Shown: piece by piece, positions 23,122 to 30,074 of the stretch | How positions within the stretch are numbered: position 1 is the first letter of the stretch | How the letters are laid out: every line of letters starts with the position of its first letter | Source: an uncultured archaeon | GTDB taxonomy: Archaea; Iainarchaeota; Iainarchaeia; Iainarchaeales; DATDZZ01 | NCBI GenBank assembly: GCA_964373795.1 | Contig: CAYJVY010000005.1 | Location: forward strand, 69,913-99,986 | Length of the DNA stretch: 30,074 bases | Direction of reading: 5' to 3' | Notes under the pieces: generated by a model | What the model was told of the DNA's origin: nothing | The model's database searches: none | Seen by the model: the letters and a program-made list of their open reading frames with translations, nothing else | Program-made: the position numbers and the translations under genes

Positions 23122-23862
23122 ATGTCAATCTTGTTTTACACAAAGCTTTCAAAGTATTATGACAAAATATATCATTATGTTTCATACAAACGGCAAGCAA
23201 AATTTTTTTCAAAATTGTATAACAAATATTGTGGTTCTGAAACTAAAAAAGTTTTAGATGTTGCATGTGGAACAGGAACTCATGATATGCTTTTGCAAAA
23301 GCTCGGATTCCAAGTCAGTGGTTTAGATAAAAGCAAGGAAATGATTTTGCAGGCGAGGAAAAAATCAAAGAGAATAAGATTTATTCAAGGAGATATGCGA
23401 AAATTTTCTTTGCCTGAAAAGTTTGACATGATTTTGTGTTACTTTAGTGCAATACTTTACAACAAAAACCAAAAAGAATTCATGCAAACCTTAAAGCAGT
23501 TCAAAAAGCACTTGAAACCCAAAGGATTGATTGTTTTTGACATTGTCACAAAACAAAACTTCATTAATGAAGAGAAATGGAAAAACATTTACAAAAGCAG
23601 AAAACTGAAAATAGTTTTTGAATCTCAAGCAAGATATAATTCTCTCACAAAATGTGGAGAATTTCGTAATACTTATACTTTTTTTACTGGGAAAAGAAAA
23701 AAAGTTCTCCGAGATGTACATGAAATGGGGGCATTCACTTTGCCGGAAATAAAACAATTTTTAAGGAAACTTGGCTTAAAATTTTACTGTTTTAATAAGG
23801 AGTATTCTGTGCCAAAAGAATTGACAGAAAAGGAAAGAGCAGTTTTTGTATGCAGAAAGTAA
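23122..23862 (+). CDS. Class I SAM-dependent methyltransferase
   Basis: VLDVACGTGTHDMLL (motif I), GLDKSKEMI, IQGDMRKF, DMILCYFSAI and LKPKGLIVFD. Confidence 0.85.
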   Translation: MSILFYTKLSKYYDKIYHYVSYKRQAKFFSKLYNKYCGSETKKVLDVACGTGTHDMLLQKLGFQVSGLDKSKEMILQARKKSKRIRFIQGDMRKFSLPEKFDMILCYFSAILYNKNQKEFMQTLKQFKKHLKPKGLIVFDIVTKQNFINEEKWKNIYKSRKLKIVFESQARYNSLTKCGEFRNTYTFFTGKRKKVLRDVHEMGAFTLPEIKQFLRKLGLKFYCFNKEYSVPKELTEKERAVFVCRK

Positions 23863-23909
23863 TTCTGTTTTGGCACAGCGTTTTTAAGGCGAATTGAGGC
23901 AATTTGTTT

Positions 23910-26297
23910 ATGGAAATAGAAAAACCCGAATTACTAGCTCCAGTAGGAAACAAAGAGCATTTATATGCAGCAATAAACAATGGAGCAGACGCTGTTTACT
24001 TAGGATTACAAGCATTTAATGCAAGAATTGGAGCAGATAATTTTTCAATGAAAGAATTAAAAGAAGCAGTAGATTTTGTTCACCTACAAAGAAAGAAAGT
24101 ATACATAACATTTAATACTTTGTTAAACGATTTAGAACTCCCACTTGTTTTGGATTTGGTTAAACAGGTTTACGAAATAGGAGTTGATGCATTAATTGTT
24201 CAAGACTTGGGATTAATTTTTGCTGTAAGAAAACTTTTGCCTGAAATGGAATTGCATGCTTCAACTCAAATGACTGCACATAATTCTTTAACTGTAAAGT
24301 TCTTGAAAGAATTAGGAATTAAAAGAATTATTTTAGCAAGGGAAAATTCATTGCAAGAAATTAAAGAAATCAAAAACAAAACACATGCTGACTTGGAATG
24401 CTTTGTTCACGGAGCAATCTGCATTGCTTATTCAGGGCAATGCACTGTTTCAAGTCTTTCATTTAAACGCTCTGGAAATAGAGGCAGATGTGCTCAAAAC
24501 TGTAGACTAAACTATAATTTGGTTGGCAATGGAAAAGCATTAAAGCATGGTTATTTAATTTCTGCAAAAGATTTAAATGCAGTTGAATTAATTCCTGAAC
24601 TAATTAAGGCAGGGGTAAACTCGCTTAAAATTGAAGGAAGAAAAAAATCAACTGAATACGTTGCAATTACAACAGCTGTTTACAGAAAAGCAATTGATTC
24701 ATATTTTGATTCAAACATTAAAGTAAGTGAAGAGGATTTAAAGGCATTAAAAGTAGCTCATGTAAGAGAATTCTCTTCAGGACATTTTAAAGGACAAAAC
24801 AATGAATTAGTTAAAGAAGATTTTCCTGGAAAACAAGGACTAGAAATTGGAAAAGTTTTATCACAAAAAGATGGAGTTACAAAAATCAAACTAGTAGAAG
24901 AATTGCTTGCTTGGGAAACGCTTGCCGTAAAACAAGGCGGAGAAAGAATGGAATTCAAGGCAAGAGAACTTTACAAAAACAATCAAGAAATTGACAAAGC
25001 TTTTGCTGGAAGCATTGTTGAATTACATATAAAAGACAAACTCTTGCCAGGGCAAATTGTTTTCAAAATCCAATCCAGAAAGCTAACCAATTTTGCTTAT
25101 GCCAGTATTACGCGAGTAAAAAAAATTCCAGTAAAATTTCTTGTAACAGCAAACAATAAAGAATTCAAGTTAAAAGTTTTCGACAAAGACACAGTTGTTG
25201 AAATTGTTTCAGATTTTGTGCCAAAAAAAGCAGTAAAAGGTTTGGATAAAAAAGTCTTGGAAGAAAAAATTTCCAAAACAGGAAACACATTACTTGAATT
25301 ACAAGAAATAGAAATAAAATTAGAAGAAGAATTACTGTTACCATTCAGCAAGGTAAATGATTTACGTAGAAAAGCAGTTAACGCATTTAAAGAAAAAAAA
25401 TTAGAAAAATTCAGAAAAAAAATTGATGAAGAAATTTTTGCCAAAGAAAAAGAAAAATTATTCAAAGAATCAGAAGACAAAAAATTCATTGAACTCATGG
25501 AAGGCATACCGGGAAAACAAAAATTTGAGATATGCATTGGAAGCAAAAACCAATTACAAAAAACACTTGAATTAAATCCGTTTAGCATTGTTTTGCCTTT
25601 GCATTGGAGCATTGAAGAACTTGTTTCAATTCAAGAATTACTGAATTCCAAAAAAATAACTCCAATTATTAGCACTAACGCAATACTGAAGGATTCAGAA
25701 TTAGATTCCACTTGTAAAAAACTTGAAGAATTGCGTTGCAATGGAAACATTTTTGTTGAATGCAATAATCTTGGCCTCTACAAGTATTTAGTTGACAATG
25801 GCTTTCCAATAATTGTTGGACAAAACATGAATTCATTCAACTCTGTTGCTGTAAACTTTTTTGCGGAAAACTCAATGGCTGTTACTCTTTCAAGAGAACT
25901 GAATTTTAAACAAATTGAGTTATTGAGAAAAAGAACTAATGCATATATAGAGCTTGCATTATTTGACTTGCCTGAAATAATGCTCATAGAGTCAAACATT
26001 TTAAAGCAATTCAATGTGCCCAAAAAAAAAGCAATTCTTATTGATAGAAAAAATTGGAAATATTTAATTAAAACAGATGAATTTAACAGAACACAGTTAT
26101 TCAACCCTGTTTACTTGAACATGATTCCTGAATTAGAGAAATTCCAAAACTTTGCTGACATCCTTAAAGTAAATGTTTCTGATTTATCTGACAATGAAGC
26201 CTTTAAAGTCTTAGACTCATTAAAAGAAAAGCTTTCAGGAAAAAAAGCATTCATTTCAACAGCATTTACTCGTGGATCTTATGAAAAAGGAGTTTAA
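23910..26297 (+). CDS. U32-family protein, long form (RlhA/YdcP-like architecture)
   Basis: PELLAPVGNKEHLYAAINNGADAVYLG N-terminus. U32 signature ECFVHGAICIAYSGQCTVS plus NRGRCAQNC Cys cluster. About 400-aa C-terminal extension. A TTG at 23904 is possible. Confidence 0.85.
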   Translation: MEIEKPELLAPVGNKEHLYAAINNGADAVYLGLQAFNARIGADNFSMKELKEAVDFVHLQRKKVYITFNTLLNDLELPLVLDLVKQVYEIGVDALIVQDLGLIFAVRKLLPEMELHASTQMTAHNSLTVKFLKELGIKRIILARENSLQEIKEIKNKTHADLECFVHGAICIAYSGQCTVSSLSFKRSGNRGRCAQNCRLNYNLVGNGKALKHGYLISAKDLNAVELIPELIKAGVNSLKIEGRKKSTEYVAITTAVYRKAIDSYFDSNIKVSEEDLKALKVAHVREFSSGHFKGQNNELVKEDFPGKQGLEIGKVLSQKDGVTKIKLVEELLAWETLAVKQGGERMEFKARELYKNNQEIDKAFAGSIVELHIKDKLLPGQIVFKIQSRKLTNFAYASITRVKKIPVKFLVTANNKEFKLKVFDKDTVVEIVSDFVPKKAVKGLDKKVLEEKISKTGNTLLELQEIEIKLEEELLLPFSKVNDLRRKAVNAFKEKKLEKFRKKIDEEIFAKEKEKLFKESEDKKFIELMEGIPGKQKFEICIGSKNQLQKTLELNPFSIVLPLHWSIEELVSIQELLNSKKITPIISTNAILKDSELDSTCKKLEELRCNGNIFVECNNLGLYKYLVDNGFPIIVGQNMNSFNSVAVNFFAENSMAVTLSRELNFKQIELLRKRTNAYIELALFDLPEIMLIESNILKQFNVPKKKAILIDRKNWKYLIKTDEFNRTQLFNPVYLNMIPELEKFQNFADILKVNVSDLSDNEAFKVLDSLKEKLSGKKAFISTAFTRGSYEKGV

Positions 26298-26387
26298 CTC
26301 TAGATTTGAAGAAAATATATATACTAGTTTTTTGCATATTTATCTCAACAAAACAATTTAATAAACTCCTGAAGAAGGATAGTTTTT

Positions 26388-26939
26388 ATGAATTTTCCAA
26401 AAATTAAATACCCAAAATTGATGTTGCTATTGTTAACATTTATACTTGCTTACATGCTGCTCACAGGAAAAGAGTATTTAGTGTTTAGAGAATTTTTAAT
26501 ATCTTTGGGGTATGTTGGCACATTTCTTTCAGGAGCAATGTTTGCTTATGGATTTACTGCTGCCTTTGGAACCAGTACTTTGTTGATCATAGCCAAAGAG
26601 CAAAACATTATTGTTGCGGGATTAGTTGCAGGAATAGGAGCTGCAATTGGAGATTTTTTGATATTCAAATTTTTGAGGAACTCTATGACAGATGAAATAA
26701 AATTGTTGTCAAAGGAAAAGATATTGCCAAAACTTAACGGAAAATTCTCTTCAAAAATCAAAAAATATTTATTCCCAATATTTGGCGGACTGATAATTGC
26801 ATCACCATTGCCAGATGAAATAGGCATTTTCTTGCTTGCAGCTTCATCAAATATATCTCCAAAAACATTCATTATAATTTCCTACAGCCTCAATACAATA
26901 GGAATTTTTTTGATTCTCTTGCTTGGAAAACTTTTCTAA
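26388..26939 (+). CDS. Small polytopic membrane protein, function unknown
   Basis: Five or six predicted TM helices with a Gly-rich GLVAGIGAAIGDFLIF segment. No confident family. Confidence 0.55.
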   Translation: MNFPKIKYPKLMLLLLTFILAYMLLTGKEYLVFREFLISLGYVGTFLSGAMFAYGFTAAFGTSTLLIIAKEQNIIVAGLVAGIGAAIGDFLIFKFLRNSMTDEIKLLSKEKILPKLNGKFSSKIKKYLFPIFGGLIIASPLPDEIGIFLLAASSNISPKTFIIISYSLNTIGIFLILLLGKLF

Positions 26940-27259
26940 TATTTAATTCAATCCAATTTTTTCAGCAATAATAATTTTTTTTGGAACCAATTCATAAAAA
27001 ATGTGAAGCTTTTTGCTTCCATTTAAACGAGATTCAATTTTCTTCTTTTTCTCAAAAAAATTTTGCTCAAGAATTTTTCCGCGCAAAACAATTTTCCCTG
27101 CATTAAATTTTTTTAATTCATTAATCAAATTCTTTTCTTCAGTTACTGATAATAATTTTAAATCACTCGACCAAAAATACCACTTAATCTCTAAACCACT
27201 TCAAACAATAGCAAACAAATTTAACTAGGAATAAAGTTAAATAAATTTTTTAATTCTAA

Positions 27260-28525
27260 CTACCAATCAATTTGAATTAATTGATGAGTGTTATTTTCAT
27301 GCAAAGGTTTTTCTATTACAAATAATTTGTCGTTCTCGCGAACGCGTTCATTTACTTTTAAAGCAATTAAAGCTCCTTTTTTTGCTGACTGAATTGCTTC
27401 ATTGCTTACTTGAATTGATTCAACTTTTTGCCTAAAAAACCCAGTAGTATCTCCAGTAATCATTACATCTTGATTTAATTCTAAGTTCCCTGCTTCTAAT
27501 AAAATTTCTGCAACAGAAATTTTTCTGTAAAACTTTTTCACTACTCCAATATAACGTTTTTGCTCTGTTGCTTTCGAACCATAAGTTGCACTCCAAGAAT
27601 CTAAAGGTTGCCCTAAAAAATGCCCTGAAGAAAAACCTCTATTATAAACTCTTTCCAAACGAGAATGCAATTCTTTTTTTAATTCAAAAGAATAACGATT
27701 TTCTTGAATTGCATTTAATGCTTCACGATAAGCATTCACTGTTTCAAACACATAGTCTGCGGAGCGAGCGCGGCCTTCAATTTTAAATACATCAATTCCT
27801 GCTTCAACTAATTTGTCAACAAAATCAATTGTTGAAAGATCTTCAGGAGACATAATGAAATGATTTTCAATCTTCAATTTATTTCCTTCATCATCTGTAA
27901 CAGTATAAGCTCTTCTACAGTTTTGCACGCACTCTCCTCTATTCGCAGATTTACCTGAAGTAAAATGACTCATAAAACATCTTCCAGAAACTGCAACACA
28001 TAATGCTCCGTGAACAAAGCATTCAATTTCAATTAATCTTCCATTAGGGCCTTTCACGTTTTCTGCAATAATTTTTTCTTTAATGTTTTTAATTTGCCCC
28101 AAGTTTAGCTCTCTTGCAAGAACAACTCTGTCAGTGAATTGAGAAAAAAACTTTAATGCTTCAAAATTTGCAATGTTTTGCTGAGTAGAAATATGCACTT
28201 CCAAGCCTAGCTCGCGAGCCTTGCGAATAACAGCTAAATCTGAAACAATTACTGCATCAACCTTTGCTTTTGCAGCTTTTTCTAAGATTTCATTCATTAA
28301 AGGAAGATCTGAATCAAAGATAACTGAATTCAATGCCAAATATGCTTTCACTTTGCTTGAATGACATTGTTTTACAACTTTAGGCATTTCTTCAAGTGAA
28401 AAGTTTTTTGCTCCTCCTGCACGCATGTTTAGAAAACCTATTCCAAAGTAAACTGCGTCCGCTTTAGCTTTAATTGCTGCACTTAAAGATTCAAACGATC
28501 CAGCTGGAGCCAATAATTCAATCAT
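27260..28525 (-). CDS. U32-family protein, short form (YegQ/TrhP-like architecture)
   Basis: MIELLAPAGSFESLSAAIKAKADAVYFG. Signature ECFVHGALCVAVSGRCFMS plus NRGECVQNC. 421 aa. Confidence 0.88.
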   Translation of the reverse strand: MIELLAPAGSFESLSAAIKAKADAVYFGIGFLNMRAGGAKNFSLEEMPKVVKQCHSSKVKAYLALNSVIFDSDLPLMNEILEKAAKAKVDAVIVSDLAVIRKARELGLEVHISTQQNIANFEALKFFSQFTDRVVLARELNLGQIKNIKEKIIAENVKGPNGRLIEIECFVHGALCVAVSGRCFMSHFTSGKSANRGECVQNCRRAYTVTDDEGNKLKIENHFIMSPEDLSTIDFVDKLVEAGIDVFKIEGRARSADYVFETVNAYREALNAIQENRYSFELKKELHSRLERVYNRGFSSGHFLGQPLDSWSATYGSKATEQKRYIGVVKKFYRKISVAEILLEAGNLELNQDVMITGDTTGFFRQKVESIQVSNEAIQSAKKGALIALKVNERVRENDKLFVIEKPLHENNTHQLIQIDW

Positions 28526-28579
28526 AAAAATATTTTTTCAGAGAAGGGAATAAAAAAGTATTCAAGGCAAGAATTCTTA

Positions 28580-28855
28580 ATGCCTGTAATAAAGTTTGTT
28601 TCAGAGAAGAAAAAATTTGAAGTAGAAAAAGGAAAAAGCTTGAGAGAAGTATGCGAAGAAAAAAATTTAAGCTTGCCTTTTGGATGCAAGGATGGAAGAT
28701 GCGGAACTTGCAGAGTAAAGATTTTAAAAGGCAAGAAAGATTTGAATGCTTTAACTCAAATTGAAAAAAATACTTTGCAAAGAATTGGAGAAATAAAAAA
28801 GTACAGGCTTGCATGTCAAGTAAAAGTTTTAGGCAATATAGAAATAGAATATTGA
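28580..28855 (+). CDS. 2Fe-2S ferredoxin (plant/adrenodoxin-type fold)
   Basis: CKDGRCGTC ... LACQ cysteine pattern (C-x4-C-x2-C...C). 91 aa. Divergent from the short U32 gene, with 54 nt between the start codons. Confidence 0.8.
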   Translation: MPVIKFVSEKKKFEVEKGKSLREVCEEKNLSLPFGCKDGRCGTCRVKILKGKKDLNALTQIEKNTLQRIGEIKKYRLACQVKVLGNIEIEY

Positions 28856-29014
28856 CAAACAACGAATTTTAATTAAATGCAAAATAAAAGGGAATTAATT
28901 ACGTTGGTGGAAATTTTTATGTTTTAACGTTTTTGAAGAACTAATGCACAAGGTAAAATATATTAATATTAAAGTAATAAGTATTACATTAAATTTTTGA
29001 TTAAGTGAAATAAA

Positions 29015-30074
29015 GTGTTAAAAAAAATAAGTTTTTTATTTTTTATACTAATTTTAAGTTCTTTTGCTAGTGCATTAACCCCTCCAACTATAAGCATTTC
29101 AACAGATGTAACTGAAGTGCAAGCAGGAGGAAAAATAACTGTAAGCGTTACAGGAAAAGACGATAAAGGAATTGGCTTGCTTTGGTGGCAGGGAAATGCA
29201 ACAGGAATTACAGAGCTTGACACAAAAAAAGAATCTCCTTGCAGTATAAATCCTTGTACACTTAAATGGCCTATAACAATTCCTTCAACAGCTAAAGCTG
29301 GAACATATGTATTGAAAGGATATGGATACGATAATGAAAAAATTCAAGGAATTGAAGCCTCAACAAAAATCACTATTACAGCTGCAAGCACTAGCACTAC
29401 TTCTACTACAACAACTGATGGCCCTCCAACTGTAACAATTTCAGTAGACAAAACAAGTGTATTAGTTGGAGAAATTTTTACAATAAATGTAACAGGAAAA
29501 GACGATGTTGGACTGAATATGATTTGGTGGTATGGAGATGCAACACCAGATGCAAACCTTAACAGAGCAACAACTACTTCTTGTAATAGTGCAACAACTT
29601 GCAGTTCTAAAACAACTATTTCAACTCAAATTCCTGGAACATTCAAATTCGGAGCAAACTCTAGAGACACATTATATGGAACAACTACAGGAATAGGAAA
29701 ACCACATCAAGCATCTGAAAATACAGGATTAGGAGGAGGATTGCAATTTGTTACTGTAACAGTAAACAAACCAACTTCAAGTTCCATTGTTGGAGCAAAT
29801 TGTTTAAACGGAGTAAAAGATTACGATGAAACAGGAATAGACTGCGGAGGAGCATACTGTAAAGCCTGTACTACAACAATTGATTCAAATAAAACTACTA
29901 CAACAGATTCAAATAGAACTACTACAACAACAATTGATTCAAATAAAACAACTTCAACTTCTCCTGGAGCAAATTGTTTAAACGGAGTAAAAGATTACGA
30001 TGAAACAGGAGTGGATTGTGGAGGAGCATACTGTAAAGCCTGTACTACAACAATTGATTCAAATAAAACTACTA
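29015..30074 (+). CDS. Large secreted surface protein (partial, continues past the window end): duplicated roughly 110-aa domain plus Thr-rich linkers and repeated Cys-rich modules
   Basis: Not in the ORF track because no stop is reached. GTG at 29015 follows an in-frame TGA at 29006-29008. Signal peptide VLKKISFLFFILILSSFASA. Two paralogous domains (PPTISISTD..ITVSVTGKDDKGIGLLWWQGNAT / PPTVTISVD..FTINVTGKDDVGLNMIWWYGDAT). Modules GANCLNGVKDYDETG[IV]DCGGAYCKAC. Confidence 0.75.
   Translation, partial: MLKKISFLFFILILSSFASALTPPTISISTDVTEVQAGGKITVSVTGKDDKGIGLLWWQGNATGITELDTKKESPCSINPCTLKWPITIPSTAKAGTYVLKGYGYDNEKIQGIEASTKITITAASTSTTSTTTTDGPPTVTISVDKTSVLVGEIFTINVTGKDDVGLNMIWWYGDATPDANLNRATTTSCNSATTCSSKTTISTQIPGTFKFGANSRDTLYGTTTGIGKPHQASENTGLGGGLQFVTVTVNKPTSSSIVGANCLNGVKDYDETGIDCGGAYCKACTTTIDSNKTTTTDSNRTTTTTIDSNKTTSTSPGANCLNGVKDYDETGVDCGGAYCKACTTTIDSNKTT
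29792..30074 (+). repeat. 174-nt (58-codon) tandem repeat inside the surface-protein gene
   Basis: 29792-29900 and 29966-30074 are near-identical (differences only in ata gac tgc versus gtg gat tgt). The shorter ACAACAATTGATTCAAATAAAAC linker motif recurs between them. Confidence 0.85.

Noticed and set aside
26943-27228. Minus-strand reading frame in the 320-nt gap between the membrane gene and the short U32 gene (EIKWYFWSSDLKLLSVTEEKNLINELKKFNAGKIVLRGK...)
   Set aside because: It is open for about 90 codons but has only a TTG at 27128 as a start. No recognisable domain and no RBS. Possibly a small gene or a remnant; unsupported.
29792-30074. Regularly spaced near-identical repeats, considered as a CRISPR array
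   Set aside because: The period is 174 nt, in frame within a continuous ORF, and the spacers are themselves repeated Thr-rich linker sequence. This is a coding tandem repeat.
1-30074. Genome-wide UGA reassignment, and the many antisense track ORFs (for example 2321..2512, 3233..3649, 5351..5674, 13856..14116, 16686..16901, 25097..25612, 28518..28862, 28984..29223)
   Set aside because: TGA ends several well-defined genes (3665, 4393), so the code is standard. The antisense ORFs are low-complexity Ser/Phe/Leu/Ile-rich shadows of stronger sense-strand genes with recognisable domains.

Overview
This is an AT-rich, very gene-dense segment that reads as archaeal, most like a small-genome DPANN-type archaeon. 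It has six tRNA genes without encoded CCA. Two carry introns at the canonical 37/38 position: tRNA-Glu (47 nt) and tRNA-Tyr (95 nt), and the tRNA-Tyr has the archaeal/eukaryal C1-G72 pair and a short variable arm. ATGA-type gene overlaps, AGGAGG ribosome-binding sites and probable leaderless starts are common. I support about 40 protein genes. Recognisable products: CYTH-like protein, ECF-S-like membrane protein plus DUF4430 lipoprotein, a triple-wHTH/nucleotidyltransferase fusion coupled to a metallophosphoesterase, PAP2 phosphatase, HAD hydrolase, two class I methyltransferases, nickel superoxide dismutase with its maturation protease (sodN-sodX), an RHH/PIN toxin-antitoxin pair, aldehyde dehydrogenase, a TPP-dependent acetolactate-synthase-like enzyme, a TRASH-domain protein, DUF3850/ASCH, a thioredoxin-fold protein, two U32-family paralogs with a divergent 2Fe-2S ferredoxin, and a large secreted repeat/Cys-rich surface protein that runs off the window. 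The strongest unexplained signal is a family of GC-rich, roughly 140-nt hairpin elements: 1-19 (cut by the window edge), 6641-6779, 18963-19110 and 20636-20768. They share a conserved terminus and a 61-nt core, show compensatory stem changes and a permuted module order, and three of the four copies sit next to tRNA genes. I cannot assign them to any RNA or mobile-element family I know. Other items worth a second look: an ORF split by a single in-frame TGA, a gene split at an A_AAA_AAG run (-1 frame relation), a frameshifted zinc-ribbon/AbrB gene, and a CDS that starts 2 nt after tRNA-Asp. No rRNA, CRISPR array or transposase gene is visible.
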